Shown piece by piece: positions 38,994 to 52,991 of a DNA stretch of 64,000 nt. Origin of the DNA: Paraspadella gotoi (taxonomy: Eukaryota; Animalia; Chaetognatha); contig CM119269.1 in NCBI GenBank assembly GCA_051294375.1, forward strand, positions 9,419,191 through 9,483,190. Reading direction: 5' to 3'. Numbering within the stretch: the stretch's first letter is position 1; each line of letters begins with the position of its first letter. The translations under genes and the position numbers were made by a program. A model generated the notes under the pieces. The model worked only from the letters and a program-made list of their open reading frames with translations. It was not told the origin of the DNA and did no database searches.

Positions 38994-40149
38994 GTGGAGA
39001 GAGAGAAGAAGAGAGTTTAGAGGGAGGTGGGGGGTAAGTGAGCATAGACAAGGATAGAATAGAGAAGAAAAAAATATTTAGAAGAGCGTGAAGGAGGACG
39101 GAGGGAACAGTAAGAGAGGAGGAATTAGGGAAAGTTAAGCGGAATGATAGACAAACAAAATGTTTGATGATCAACGAAAAAAATAATGAATGTTACCGAT
39201 ACCCAAAAAGTCTGATAGTCTGATAATCTCCACGAGTACTCCGCGTGGCGCAACTAAATTAGGTTCATTGAAAAGATGGAAGAGCAATTTCGAGATTTTG
39301 CGCTTCGATTTTTTTTTTTTTTTTAACTTTACCGCATTACAAGATGATTACGTGACCGGAAACAAGTATGAATAATATGGATAGCAAATGTTGCACATTT
39401 GTTTGCAATGCGATATATCTAGTAAGGTTCCAGTATTAATGAGATAATTTCAATCGTCTCGTTTGTCATTGATCGTATTTTTGATTGATTATGTAACTGC
39501 ACAAATATGAAAACATATGGCAAAGGAAGTAAAACAGGAGTTGTCCGCCATGCATAAATCAAAATAATTCAACCATAGTGACATTTATGTGCGGATTAAA
39601 CATAAGACTGAAGATAGACGCAGACGATGGACGGAGATGGACGGACCGACCGACCGACCGACCGAACGCGACCGACGCGACCGACGTGAGAGATGGACGG
39701 ACTGACCGACCGAGATCGTTTCTTAGAGTTGGTTCGCGAGTGCTCGCCGGCCGGAACTAAAAAAAAAAAAGAAAAGTCGAGTTGCGTTATTTAATCGCGA
39801 AGTCTGCGTGGGTGGCGCTGATATAACGCGGAAATTGGCGTGCCGCAACGGGGATTCAATTTTTGATTTCGTCGTCGTCGTTTGTCATCGTCGTCGTCCT
39901 CGTCGTCGTCGTCGTCGCCGCGGTCTCTGATGACATCAACGGTTCATTTCTTTCATTCATCCCTTCCTTTGAGGTTATCACGTGTCACATTTGCAATTTG
40001 CAGCGTGTCACGCTACGTTTGATGTTGTCACGTAGCATTTTGTCACGTGCCAATTGCCAATGTGACATGCAGACGCAGAATTATTCTTCCGTAGAGTGAA
40101 TTTCTCAGCTCTTCCTGGCTACGCTACGCTTGTCCGCGCTTTCTCCGGG

Positions 40150-43100
40150 TTACGCTACGCTTTGTGCTAACGTTGTGCTACGCCGCCTCATGCGTCGATC
40201 TCGTCTCTCCGAAACGCCGCGTCTCAATCGGCGTTGACTCGGTCGCGGTCGTCGTCGTCGTCTGTCGTCGTCGTCGTCGTCGTCGTCATCGTCATCGTCT
40301 CTCTCTCTATCCGTCTCCACGAAACCGGAAGCGACGCGTGAAATCTCGACGGAAAACAAATTGATGGCGATTGATGCGGAGGAGGAAGAGGAAAGGAGGA
40401 AGAGGAGGATGATTCGATTCCGAAACCAGATTTCGAAACATCGACGACAATTTCAGTCTCTTATCGGCGTCGTCATGGAAACCGGCGGTTGTCGACGCCG
40501 CCGCCGCCCAGTGTCAGCGCTCCTCGTAGTCAGGCGGCGCGGCGTCTCTCGCCCGGCGTCGTTTTTTAGTCGTAAAAGTGGCGCCGCGCGGAGGCAGAGA
40601 GAGCGCCAACCTGAGATCGAGGAGGAAGGGGAATACATTAAAGAGAGATGTTTGGATGGCATGGATGACATGGTTTTGGCGTTAGGTGGCAACGGGTGGC
40701 ATGGAAACGATGGCGATGGAATTGAAATAGGTAGAATGGCATGGGATTGGAAATCATTTGGCAAATCATTTTGGAAATCAATTGTCATCATTTGGCATTG
40801 GATGGCATTCGATGGCTTCGCATGGAGCAACTCGTTGACTGGGTAGCTCTTGAGGCCATGGAAATACAGAGGACACTGATATCAGTTTTATTCAGAATTA
40901 AAAGATCGTAAATCTGCCATCTCTCTTCAATCAGTTCAGCTTTTAACATAAAAAAAGTGTCTTAATTAAATATCTCGCTGTTAACTATTTTTTTTCTTCA
41001 AACCTTTAAAAAAAATTTCTTTTTTCACGAATTTCCCACGAGCTGCAAATTTGGTCGTCGTCGTCTGCATCGTCGTCGTCGTCATCGTCATCGTCGTCGT
41101 CGTCATGCGTCTTCGCCTCCTCCTGCGTCATCATTGTCGTCGTCATCGTTGTCGTCGTCGTCATCCGCCTTCCTCCTCCTCGTCGTCGTCATCGTCGCAT
41201 CGTCGTCTTTCTCGAGACCTCACCTGGGAGTAAGGAGGCGGCGGCGGCGGCGGCTCAAGTAAGGGAGGAATGTCGACGGGTCGAAGCCGCAGCTGCGGAG
41301 GGAGATGCAGCAGCAGTAGCAGATGCTGCAGCAGGAGCAGCAAATGGGCGGCGACGGTCGTCGTGACGCCGCTTGAACTTCGTCTTCGTCTGAAAAGATT
41401 AAATTTAAACGTTACTTCAAGCAATTTATATTCAAGTTTTTTTTTCGAAGTTTTGGTTTTCGAGTCTTCATCAACACTTAGTCCAATAGTTTTATTATTA
41501 TATTACTTTCTAGACGAAAACCACTTTAGAAACCAAAGAGACAACCGAATGAAAATTACGAAAATTACGACGACGACGACTAATAATCTTGCTGCCATTA
41601 ATCTCTGCTTCTTCCTGTTACACAAATTCTCTCTCTCTCTATCTCTCCTCCTACCTCTCTCACTCTCCCTCTTGGCACGACAGCACAATACAAAACGTTA
41701 CACCTACCACCACGAAACAACCTTCACAACTATAACCTGAAAAAAGCCGATCTCGCAAAAACAACCACCAGCTTATCCGCTACACTACCACAGCACACAC
41801 CAAACTTCCTGTTCCTCTCACCCTCTGCTTCCTCTCTCCTCCGAAGGCGAAATATGCTTCCTCCATCCCCGTGTTTTCTCTCACAGTAAAGAAGAAGAAC
41901 GCAACGAGGAAGAGGAAGAATGACGAGAGCGACGAGGGGACGCAAAGGACGACGAGGAGGAGAGACGGGATCGAAGTCTCGATTCCGGCCCGCGATGGAT
42001 ACCGGACTAATGGCATCGGAGGAGTAACGCAGAGGAGAAACGTGGATTTGGGCGATCGAGTGTTTATCGTAATATCCATCTTAATTGAAATGATTATGGC
42101 AACTGGGGGTAGCCTGTGATGCCAGTTCGCGATGCGGGCAGTTTCTCCACTGCATTGGCTTTGGGGCTGCGGACCCGCAGTGACGCGCCTCAGTCACTGG
42201 GCATGTTTATACCGGCACCGTCACATTCTCAAGCACCAGAACCGGGATACGCCAGGGGATTGAACCCGGACGCCACGGATGGTATGAGATGATTTAGCCT
42301 GCTCAGGCCATTGAGAACGAGCTGAGGGACGGACAGCAGTGAGGCAAGCTTTAAGTCTTGCTGCCACATATACGTATTATACTTGTTATACATGTTATAC
42401 TAGTTTTTTTATCAAGGCATTTAATTGATAATTTTATTTAAGATATTAATAATTATAAAAAAGATAAATGTAATGGCCCCCGCAGGTGGTCTGTGGAGCT
42501 TGGTGATCTTATGGTTATTTAAAATCAATCCCCGCGGAGGCGCCACTTGTTCACTTTTCGGGGTGGGTAGTCTTGAGAAGAAGTGGGATTTATGTGTTTT
42601 GAACTTGAAAACTGAAATCTAAAACCCTTAACCTTAACCGTTACTTCAATCAACTAAATCTCAAATTTCAAGTCATACAATTAAATCCTCCCACCAAGTC
42701 GTCACTAAGTCTACATAAAAATCCTGACTATAAACTTTCCTCACGCTCGGTGCTTCGCGTCCCGAATTCGGTGTCGACCTCTAAAGAATCCGATGGACAA
42801 TTCGTTCGCTGCCTGGGGATGCAGCAAGGCCGTGACGACGACGAACGGACGACCAATTTCCCCGAGCAGTCGGGGACGCCCATATGGACCAGGCCATTCT
42901 GGCGGAGTAAATGAGATTGTAAGACATGAAGGAGGAGAGAAAAATGGAAAAATCGAATGAAAAATGGAAAAAGGTGAGCCTTGTAGCTAATTGTAAAAAA
43001 CAGAAGTACTGCAATGGCAAGGGACCTGGCATGCATAGCGTGCGTTAGTTCAGTTGAGCGTCTCGCATTTACGAAAGTCAGGCGTTTCGTAAATAAAGAT

Positions 43101-43345
43101 ATGAAAAAGGTGAATCTTCAAATGTCTAAAATGGAACTCAGAAGTCAGAGAAGGAGGGAGAGTCCGCGAAGAGCAGAGAGAAGAGAGAGTAGAGGAGAAG
43201 AGCAGACGAGGAGAGACGAGAAGAGACGAGAGAGAGAGAGAGAGAGAGTAATACTGAGACGCAATCTACCATGATCCCATGTTAATTTCAGATTTGAGTC
43301 GACTTGGGCTTCAGGCAAAAACCTCCCACGAAGCAACAGGACCGC
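40150..43345 (-). CDS. PPxY membrane protein, copy 2 (indel-rich)
   Basis: Exon 41389-41224 reads DEDEVQAASRRPSPPICCSCCSICYCCCISLRSCGFDPSTFLPYL.PPPPPPYSQ; last exon 40610-40150 ends STTLAQSVA-stop. Confidence 0.55.
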
Positions 43346-43666
43346 TCACGCGATTGTGAGAGTGATNNNNNNNNNNNNNNNNNNNNNNNNNAGAGTGATT
43401 TGTTTGAGCCGGAGTTGGTTAAAGAAAACAGCGTGAATTAGGAATGAGGAATAGGAAGGCAAATAACTTTCTGACTGAAAAAAGAAAAACAAAAATAATT
43501 TGAAATGAAAAGGAAGAAATATAAAAATAGACAAACCTGTCAACTGAAAATTTTGAAAGAAAAAGTAAGAAAGAAAAAAAAAGCTTTTGTTTGAAAACAG
43601 TAATTAGTTGGGATGTGAAAGGAAAGAAAACGTGGGGATGTAAAAGAAAATAAAATGGGAAAGAAG

Positions 43667-43700
<34 letters not shown>

Positions 43701-44199
43701 NNNNNNNNNNNNNNNNNNNNNNNNNACATCTCTCTATCTCTCTCTCTCTTCTTCTCTCTCCTCTCTCTTCCAAGTATTTCGTCTACTCTCTCTCTTCTCT
43801 CTCTGGCTTCTCTCTCTTCCTCTCGCATCTCTCGGTTTCTCTCTCTCTCTCTCTCTCTCCGCATCTTCGTTCCCATTTTTTATATCCTTTAACAGTTAGC
43901 CAGGGAGGGGGAGGTGGAGAGGGGGGGAGTTTGTTTCCTTTCTCATGCACAATCTAACAACTAATGAATACGTGTTTCCTAAAGACACAAAAGCACTTTT
44001 TTTTCTTTCATTACTTTTTCTTTCATAAATTTTCAGTTTGATCAGCGTTTGTCTATTGTTTATAATTTCTTTCCTTTTCCATTTCAAATTACTTTTTTTT
44101 CTTTTTTCAGTCAGAAAGTTATTTGACTTCCTATTTAACCTCATTTGCCTAATCGTCCAACGCTGTTTCCTTTAACCAACTCCGGCTCAAACAAAATCA

Positions 44200-47160
44200 C
44201 TCACAATCGCCGAGCGTCCTGTTGCTTTCGTGTGGAGGTTTTTGCCTGAACCAGCCTCACTAAAAACTGGTCATGTAGTCTCATATCCCTCCTCCTCCCT
44301 CTTCCGCTCTCTTCTACTGACTTTTCGTAATGCGAGACGTGCCAAACTGAACTAACGAACGCCGCTATTGCAGCCAGGTCTCTTGCTATCGGAGTACTTT
44401 CTGTTACAATTGCTACAAGGCTCACCTTTCCATTTTTCATTCGTTTTCCATTTTTCTCTCTACATTTTGTCTTAATCTCATTTACTCCGCAGAATGCCTG
44501 TCAATGGCGTCCCCGACTGTCGGAATTGTCGTCCGTTCGTCGTCGTCGACGGCCTGCTGCATCCCCCAGAGGCGGACGATTGTCCTCGGAGGTTTTCTTT
44601 AGAGGTCGACACGAATTCGGCGGAAGACGAGACGAGGTTGAGGATTTTTATTGGGATTTAAATGAAGAATTTTAGTTGACGAGGTGAGGATTCTTATTGA
44701 GATTGAAATGAAGATTTTGTTGATGAGTAACGTAGGTTAAGGGTTGGGATTAGTGTTAGGGATTAGGTTTTGGATTAGTTTTCAAAGTCAAAAACATAAA
44801 ATCTTTTCAAAACTACCCACACCCACGTTCGCACAATCCTACAGCCAAATCCATTGGCTCAGAGGGGGAACCACTCCATACCAGGCGTAGTGTTCCTTCG
44901 CAGTATCCTAACGACTTCCCTCTGCGTTGGCAAAGAAGAGACGTCCTAGGGTAACCGCGCCAGTGACTGAGGCGTCACTGCGGGTCGGAACAGCCCCAAA
45001 AGCCAAACGTGAGAATGCCCGCATCGCAACTGGGCATCACAGGCAACCCCGGCTGTTGCCATAACATTTCAATTAAATGATATTACGATAACCCGATCCC
45101 CAAATCCAGTCTCCCTCTGCTTCTCCTCCGATGCCATAGTCCGGTTCCATCCGGGGCCGGAATCGAGACTTCGATCCCGTACTCTCCTCCTCGTCGTCCT
45201 CTGGTCCCTCGTCGCCCTCGTCTTCTTCCTCTTCCTGCGTCGTTCTTCTTCTTTACTTGAGAGACACCGGATGGAGGAAGATATTTCGCCTTCAGGGAGG
45301 AAGAGCGAGGGTGAGAGGAAAGGAGTTTGGTGTTGTTTTGTAGTGTGTACTGGGGATAAGGCTTCTGTCGTTGTTTGCGTTTTGTTTTCGCGGCAGATTC
45401 TGGTGTTTGTGGCTTGTGTGAAGTTTCAGTGTGGTTATTGAGGATTTATGTCGTTGACTTGTTTTTCGGTGGGTATGGTGAACGGTTTGTCTGCGAATTG
45501 TGGCTGTGGCTGAGAGAGGAGAGGAGGAGAGAGTGAGAGAGAGAGAGAGAGAGAAATTTGTTAACAGAAAGAGCGAGAGATTAATGGCACAGATGGACAA
45601 CTGTTGATTATTAGTCGTCGTCGTTCGTAATTTTGCGTAATTTTCATATTCGGGGTTGTGCTCTTCGTGGTGTTCTTAAAGTGGTTTTCGTCTAGAAAGT
45701 AATACTAATAATAAAACTATTGGAGCTAAAGCTGTTGATGAATGACTCGAAAACCAACCTAGAACACTTCGTGTTTAAAAAATAAAACTGTATAAATAAA
45801 TTTCGTTGACAGTAACGTCTTAAATGTTAATCTATTTGCAGACGAAGACGAAGTTCAAGCGGCGTCAGACGAACCTGCGTCGCCGGCCCAATTTGCTGCG
45901 TCCTGCATGCAGGCATCTGCTAGATGCTTGCTGCATTCTTCCTCCGCAGGCTGCGGCTTTCGACACCGTCCGACATTCCGTCCCTTACTTGAAGCCGCCG
46001 GCCGCGCCGCCTCCTTACTCCCAGGTGAGGTCTCAGAGAAAAGAGGACGAACGATTGACGCAGGAGGGGCAGGGTCGCGACGAACAGAGTGACGACGACC
46101 CGAGACGAGGAGGAAGGAAGACGAGAACGAGCAATGAGACGACGACAATGAATACGCAGGAGGGTGACGATGACGACGACGACGATGCAGACGACGACAC
46201 GACGCCGAACCAATTTGCAGCTCGTGGGAAATTCGTGAAAAAAGAATTTTTTTAAAGGTTTGAAGAAAAAATAACAGTTAGAAACAGCGGATATTTAATT
46301 AAGACAACTTTTTTTATGTTAAAAAGCTTGAAACTGATTGAAGATGCGATGGTCAGAGTTTAACGATCTTTTATTTACTGATAAAACTTGAATCAGTTGT
46401 CCTCTGTATTTCCTGGCCTCAAGGAGCTACCATCAACGATTAGCATCCATCGACGTGCCTCGCAATTCTGCCATCCAATGCCATAAATTGCATCAATTGA
46501 TCAATGATTTCAATTATTTCCAAATCCCATGCCATTCTAAGCCTATTTCAAATTCCAGGCCATGCTTTCCATGCCAACCCGTTGCCGGACCTAACGCCAA
46601 AACCATGTCATCCATGCCATCCAAACATCTCTCTCTACATGTATTCACCCTTCCTATCGAATTCAGGTTGGCCGCATCTCTCGTGCCTCCGCGCCCGGCG
46701 CCACTTTTACGACGTTAAAAAACGAACGCCGGGCGAGAGACGCCGCGCCCACCTGACTACGAGGAGTGCGGCTGACACTGGGCGGCGGCGGCGTCGACAA
46801 CGCCGCCGGTTTCCATGACGACGCCGATAAAGACGACTGAAATTCGTCGTCGATTGTTTCGAAATCTGGTTTCGGAATCGAATCATCCTCGCTACTCCTC
46901 CTCCTCCTTTCCTCTTCCTCCTCCGCATCATCGCCATCAATTTGTTTTCCGTCGAGATTTCACGCGTCGGCTTCCGGTTTCGTGGAACGGATAGATGAGA
47001 GAGACGATGCACGATGGACGACGACGACGACGACGACGACAGACGACGGATCTGACGACCGTCGACCGAGTCAACCCGATTGAGACGCGGCGTTTCGGAG
47101 AGAACGACGATCGAAGCATGAAGGCGGCGTAGCACAACGTTAGCACAAAGCGTAGCGTAA
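44200..47160 (+). CDS. PPxY membrane protein, copy 3 (inverted, indel-rich)
   Basis: Acceptors at ~44492, 45109, ~45841, ~46666; PPPYSQ|GTGAGG at ~46010-46030; ends GCGTAA at 47160. Confidence 0.5.
44818..45063 (+). mobile_element. Family C element (5'-truncated) at the site occupied by family B in copies 1 and 2
   Basis: Reverse complement matches 58848-59060 (GCGGTTACCC.AGGACG...CCAACGCAGAGGGAAG...CCCCTCTGAGCCAATGG). Confidence 0.7.
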
Positions 47161-48775
47161 CCCCGGGAGAAGCGCGGACAAGCGTAGCGTAGCCAGGAAG
47201 AGCTGAGAAATTCACTCTACGGGAAGAATAATTCTGCGTCTGCATGTTCACATTGGCAATTGGCACGTGACAAAATGCTACGTGACAACATCAAACCGTA
47301 GCGTGACACGCTGTCCAATGTGCAATGTGGACACGTGATAACCTCAAAGGAAGGAGATGAATGAAAGAAATGAAACCGTTTGATTGTCATCAGAGACCGC
47401 GGCGACGACGAACGACGACGAGGACGACGACGAGACAACAGACGACGACGAAATCAAAAATTAATCCCCGTTGCGGCCAACGCCCAAATTTCCCGGTTCA
47501 ATCAAGCGCCACCCACGGCAGACTTCCCGCGATTAAAATACGCAACTCGACTTTTCTTTTTTTTTTTTAGTTCCGGCCGGCGCAGCACTCGCGAACCAGA
47601 CTCTAAAAAGCGAATCCTCGGTCGGTACGTCCATCTCTCACGTCGCGCGTGTCGCGTTCGGTCGGTCGGTCGTCGGTCCGTCCATGGTTCCAGAATTCCA
47701 GTCTCTCACGTTCTATCTTTCAGTCTTATGTTTAATCCGCACATAAATGTCACTATGGTTTTGACAATTAATTTTTGATTTATGCATGGGCGGACCAACT
47801 CCTGTTTTACTTCCTTTGGCCATAATGTTATTCATATTTGTGCAGTTATTACATAATCAATCAAAAATAAACGGAATCACATGACAAACGAGACGAATGA
47901 AATTATCTCATTATAACTGGAAACCTTACTAGATATGCGCATTGCACAACAAATGTGCAACATTTGCTATCCCCATATTATTCATTACTATGTTTCCGGT
48001 CACAGTAATCATCTTGTAATGCGAGGTAAAGTTAAAAAAAAAAAAAAAATCGAAGCGCAAAAATCCGAAATTGCTCTTCCATCTTTCAATGAAGCCTAAG
48101 TTTTGTCGCCCAGCGGAGTACTCGTGGAGATTATCAGACTATCAGACTTTTTGGGTATCGGTAACATTCATTAATTTTTTTCTTGATCATCAAACATTTT
48201 GTTTGTCTATCATTCCGCTTAACCTTTCCCTAATTCCTCCTCTCTTCTGTTCCTCCCGTCCTCCTTCACCTCTTCTAAATATTTTTTTTCTTCTCTATTC
48301 TATCCTGTTATGCTCACTTTACCCCCCCTACTGCTCCCTCTCTCTCTTCTCTTCTCTCCTCTCTCTCTCTCTCTCTCTCTCGTCTCTCTCTCTCTCTCTC
48401 AGTCAATTTTTCTTCTCTTGAAATGCCAAAGAATTTTTTCTTCGCTTAAAATGATTGATGACGTCACATGTATCGAACTCTTTAACCTTGCTGAATTTTT
48501 CTGATGAACGAAAAAAATCATAAATCTCTCGGAATAATATCTCCGACTACTTTCCTCTCTTCTCCTTTTAAACGGCCTTTGAGACGGACGGACGGTGGAC
48601 GGCGGACGGATGGATCGGGACGGACGGACGGCACGACGGACGGTAACGGACGGAAGAATCGAACGAACGGACGGTACTGATGGGACGGAACGGACGGACG
48701 GACGACGGACTGACTGACTGGACGGCGGTACGGACGGACGAAAAGAAAATAAAATTGGAAGGAAGAGAGAGAGAA

Positions 48776-48806
<31 letters not shown>

Positions 48807-49638
48807 TTTTGCTCTGAATGAATAAGGTTTCTCTCAATTTTCCTACGAATTGGTTTTTTTTCCTTGGTGAACCTGACTTACTGTGCCTTTTATAGTTAGA
48901 TAGATGGATAGATAGCTAGAAATACGAAAATAAGAATTTAAAGAAAGAAATTTGTAAAGATGGAAACAACGCTATACATAAATAATATCAATTCAAGGTC
49001 ATCGCTTTCCCTTCTTGATGTTGTATCAATGTCATCTTCGCTATGCGGGAGTATGAAAGCAGAGAATTTTATCTACAAGAGAAAATTTATTTTAAAAGCG
49101 AGAAAAATGAATCCGAGTTACGAGATGAGAGACACCAATGGAACCATAATTTCCTTTTTTACTAGAAGCTGACAACCATCAATCAAGTAAAAAAGAGTTT
49201 CCACCTCTGGATTATTTATTCTCGATGCCCTATCATTGTCAGCCATTTAGCTTCTGAATACCATTTCGACGTCATCTCTATATTTTTGATACCATATCAA
49301 TGTCATACAAACATTTTTGATTTCATATCAATTTCAATTCTATGTAGTATGTGCCTTCTCGAGGCAATCTTGATTGCAACGACGCCATCACCGCAAATAT
49401 CGCAAATATCGCTAACGTGACATCTTATGATTCATATGACTCTTTTATTTGACCTTACCCTCCTCCCTCTACTCACCTCGACGAGAAAACAGAAATCTCG
49501 GTTGGTCGGACATTTTTCTTTTTCTTTTCTCGCCGGGATTTCGTCGCATTTCTCCGCGTTAATCATTTGTTCCGCTTCGTCGCGTAATATTTTCGCCGCC
49601 ATTTTTTTGTTTTTGTTTTTATCTTAGTTTTCTCTTTT

Positions 49639-49673
<35 letters not shown>

Positions 49674-50581
49674 TTTTTCTTTTTTCAATTTTATTTTGTT
49701 TCTTAGTCTTTTTACTACACTTGAAATTATTTATTAAATTAATGAATGACTCATGTCATGTTTCATGTCAGGTTTCATGTAATGTCTCGTAGGCATCGAG
49801 AATCCAATGTTTGAGTAAATGACTCAAAATTACGCTAATTCCATTTTTTTTATATCGAAAAATGATAAAATGATAATATGAAATTTATTAATTTATCGAA
49901 AATAATATTAATTTCAAGGATTTTCCCCTTCTTTCTGTTCGAGTATCGAATTTTAAAATTATTAAATTTTTTTTTCTTTCAGGTCATCGAGTTTGCAACT
50001 CCGATAAGTTGGCCATATTTTCTAAAAGTGCCACTTGTCAGCTTAAATTTAAAAGTAAAATTAAGTTAGAAGTTAAAAATATGGGTTAAGTTAGGGAATA
50101 CATAGAGTCAGGAGTTAGATTAAGGATTTAGTAAGAGATTTGGTTAAGGATTAAGGTTAGGAATTTAGGATTTGGGATTAGTGAGGATTACAGATTAAGG
50201 TCAGAAATTAATGTTGTTTAAACATTTAGGTTAAACATTTATTTAAAATTTAGAATGTGTTAAAATCAAATTCAGGAATAAAGAACAGAAATTGGGCGTT
50301 CTAGGAATATAAGTTTAAGCTGAAAAAGTTGCACAGATCGCTGCCGTTCTCCTTCGTTGCTAAATTTAAATATTTATTATATTTCTGTTCGTTGTATTGT
50401 TTACATGTGTTTTTCAGTACAAATAGTGACATTACGACCTGGGTTTTTTAATTTTTTTAATAGTTAACCTTTCCTTAATATTTTAAAATTTATATGATTA
50501 AAATTATGAATATTAACAATTTTATCATTTTTAAAAAAGTCGCTTCCTACCGATTGGGATCAAAGCCACCGACGATGACGA

Positions 50582-50617
<36 letters not shown>

Positions 50618-51372
50618 AAATCGCGATTAGAGACTCAATGAGGTCAAAGTTTTTTTTTCAATATGAATCGTCGCCGTGATGCGATAACGACAACAACAAC
50701 GACGACGACGACAACAACAACAACAACAGCGACTACGAGATTACAGTGAGGAAGATGACAGTAAGGAAGATGACAGATGACAGATGACAGATGACAGTGA
50801 GGAGGATGACAGGATGCCCAGGCCGCTCCTTGTTTAGGTTTCAAAAGAAATGAATAAACGAAAGAACGAACGAACCTTTTCTTTTTCTAAGGAGGAAATA
50901 TTCTAGGGCGTCGAGAAATGTATCTGATTTATTAGTTCAACTCTGATCGTGTCTGACAGACTGACTGACTATTTCAGAAACACGCAAACATTTCAAGCGA
51001 CAAGTTTCGTTTAAGATATAGACTTGCAAACGTAACATCAAATCTTTGAGTATTTTTTTTATTTTTTTTTATTTTTTAGTTAACTTCCTCTAAAATCAGC
51101 AAATGTTATCCGAAAAGAAATAATTACGAATTGAACTAAATTAAATTTGAATTCTCATTGTTTTTAATTCTAATTTATTTATTTTAATACTCCTTGAGTC
51201 CCTAAACTTTGTTCAGCTGTTATAAAATATATATGAAAACGAAGGTAATATTTGAAACAGAACTTTGATGAATAACAACGGGTTACAGTTGAATAGGGAA
51301 TTCTCATTATTCTGTGAAAGACGGAAAATTCGAGATTCTCATTTCTCACAATCAGCGAATCAGATTTGGCGA

Positions 51373-52921
51373 TTAAATTCTCAACCAGTGGATGAGTGAA
51401 CACACGTGAACACAAGTGAACAAAATTGAAGGCAAGTAAACCCAATTGATACGTGAGTCGGAAGACTGGAGAGTGAAGAATCGAAAGAATCACAATTTGA
51501 AATGAGAGTAAGAGTCGTGGTGGAAGCTAGAATCGCTTCAATACGAGTGATGATTAGTAGAGGATTCGTTCAATACAATTCGCGAGGAGTAGTACTTAAA
51601 AATGACAATCTAAAGTTATGCAACGAAGTGGTATAGTTATACATAGTTAAATATCATTTGAATATTTGGTGTTGAGCTTTTAAATTTTTCTTCATCGAAG
51701 TTAAAACCGATAACGTCGTCATCATCCGACTTCATGATTCCATTTGACATCGTCGCTGTCGTTGTCATCATCGACTTGATCATCCAACTTCATGTTTTTG
51801 TCATTATCGTCCCTATGATCGTCATCTTCCACGCCATAATTGTCATCTTTGTCATCTTCATGATAGTAGTTAGTCATGGTCATCATTGTAAATCGGGTTT
51901 TAGTTGTCACCGTCACTGTCATTGTCATTATCGTCGCTGTCATCTTCAACATCCTATTTCATGTTTTCGTCGTCATCGTCGCTGTCATCGTGGTCATTGT
52001 CATCGTCGCCGATGTCAAATTGATCATAGAGAGAGAAATTCTTGGCCGAAGAATTCTCACGCCGGCAGGAACGCTCCAAGCGTCCGCTGTGGTGGCAGCG
52101 GCGGCGGTGGCAGCGGCAGCGGCAGCGGGAGAGACCGAAACAGTTGTGGAGTCTCGCGATGTCGCCACCTGAAATAAGAAAGTTTTTTTACTGTCAATTA
52201 AAACCGACTTAAACTTAAGTTTCACCAAAATATTTAACTTTAATCTTTTACTAAATACCAATCCTTAGTCACTGAAACTAATCACTGATTGGAACCTTTA
52301 TTTTTTCCCCAAATAATAACCTTAATCCCTAACCTAATCCGTAACCAATCTTTAACCAAATCTTTAATTTTTACTTCTCCTTTTGTTAATATTCATTCTT
52401 CAAAGCTTACTGAAGACTTAATTCAAAATGAAATGGAGCACTTTTGTAAAATATGGTTCATTACTCAACCTTATTCATTTATACAATTTATTCCAAAATT
52501 TTTATACCGAATATTTCAAGAATTTCTTCTTCTGGGAAGAAGCCACGATTTTCTTAACGACCAAATTGAGATCAAAATCAGCTCCTCCTCCTCCTCTTTC
52601 TCCTCCTCCTCCTCCTCTTCCTCCTTCTCCTCCTCCTCCTCTCCCTCTGTCGGCCGAATCAAAGGAAAGACCGCGGAGATTTAATTTTGATGCATCGTCG
52701 GCGTCAGTGTCGTCGTTGTCATCGTCGTCGTCGTCTCCGCAATGGCGGGAATGGGCGACACTTCCGCTGAAGGAATGAGATAAATCCCTAAGGATTATCG
52801 AAATGGTCACCCTCTCTCTCTCTCTCTTTAGAAATAGTATATTATATATAATAGTATAGTATATAGCTTTTAAAGACAGTTTGTGAAACGAGCTAAGCTC
52901 ACGATTTATATTTTCAATTCA

Positions 52922-52991
<70 letters not shown>

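Larger units (their letters stand above)
31520..43135 (+). repeat. Direct tandem duplicate of ~21845-31515, dense in 1-nt indels
   Basis: Collinear throughout (KE-rich exon, Tc1 element, TM gene), plus a 1.55-kb insertion. Confidence 0.92.
43726..48740 (-). repeat. Inverted duplicate of ~38580-43700, forming a ~10-kb palindrome centred on the N gap at 43701-43725
   Basis: e.g. 44160-44200 is the reverse complement of 43392-43432, and 48480-48600 of ~38750-38880. Confidence 0.9.

Noticed and set aside
51720-52020. His/Cys/Arg-rich or Val/Ile-rich ORFs
   Set aside because: Degenerate (TCA/TCG)n trinucleotide tract inside a predicted intron
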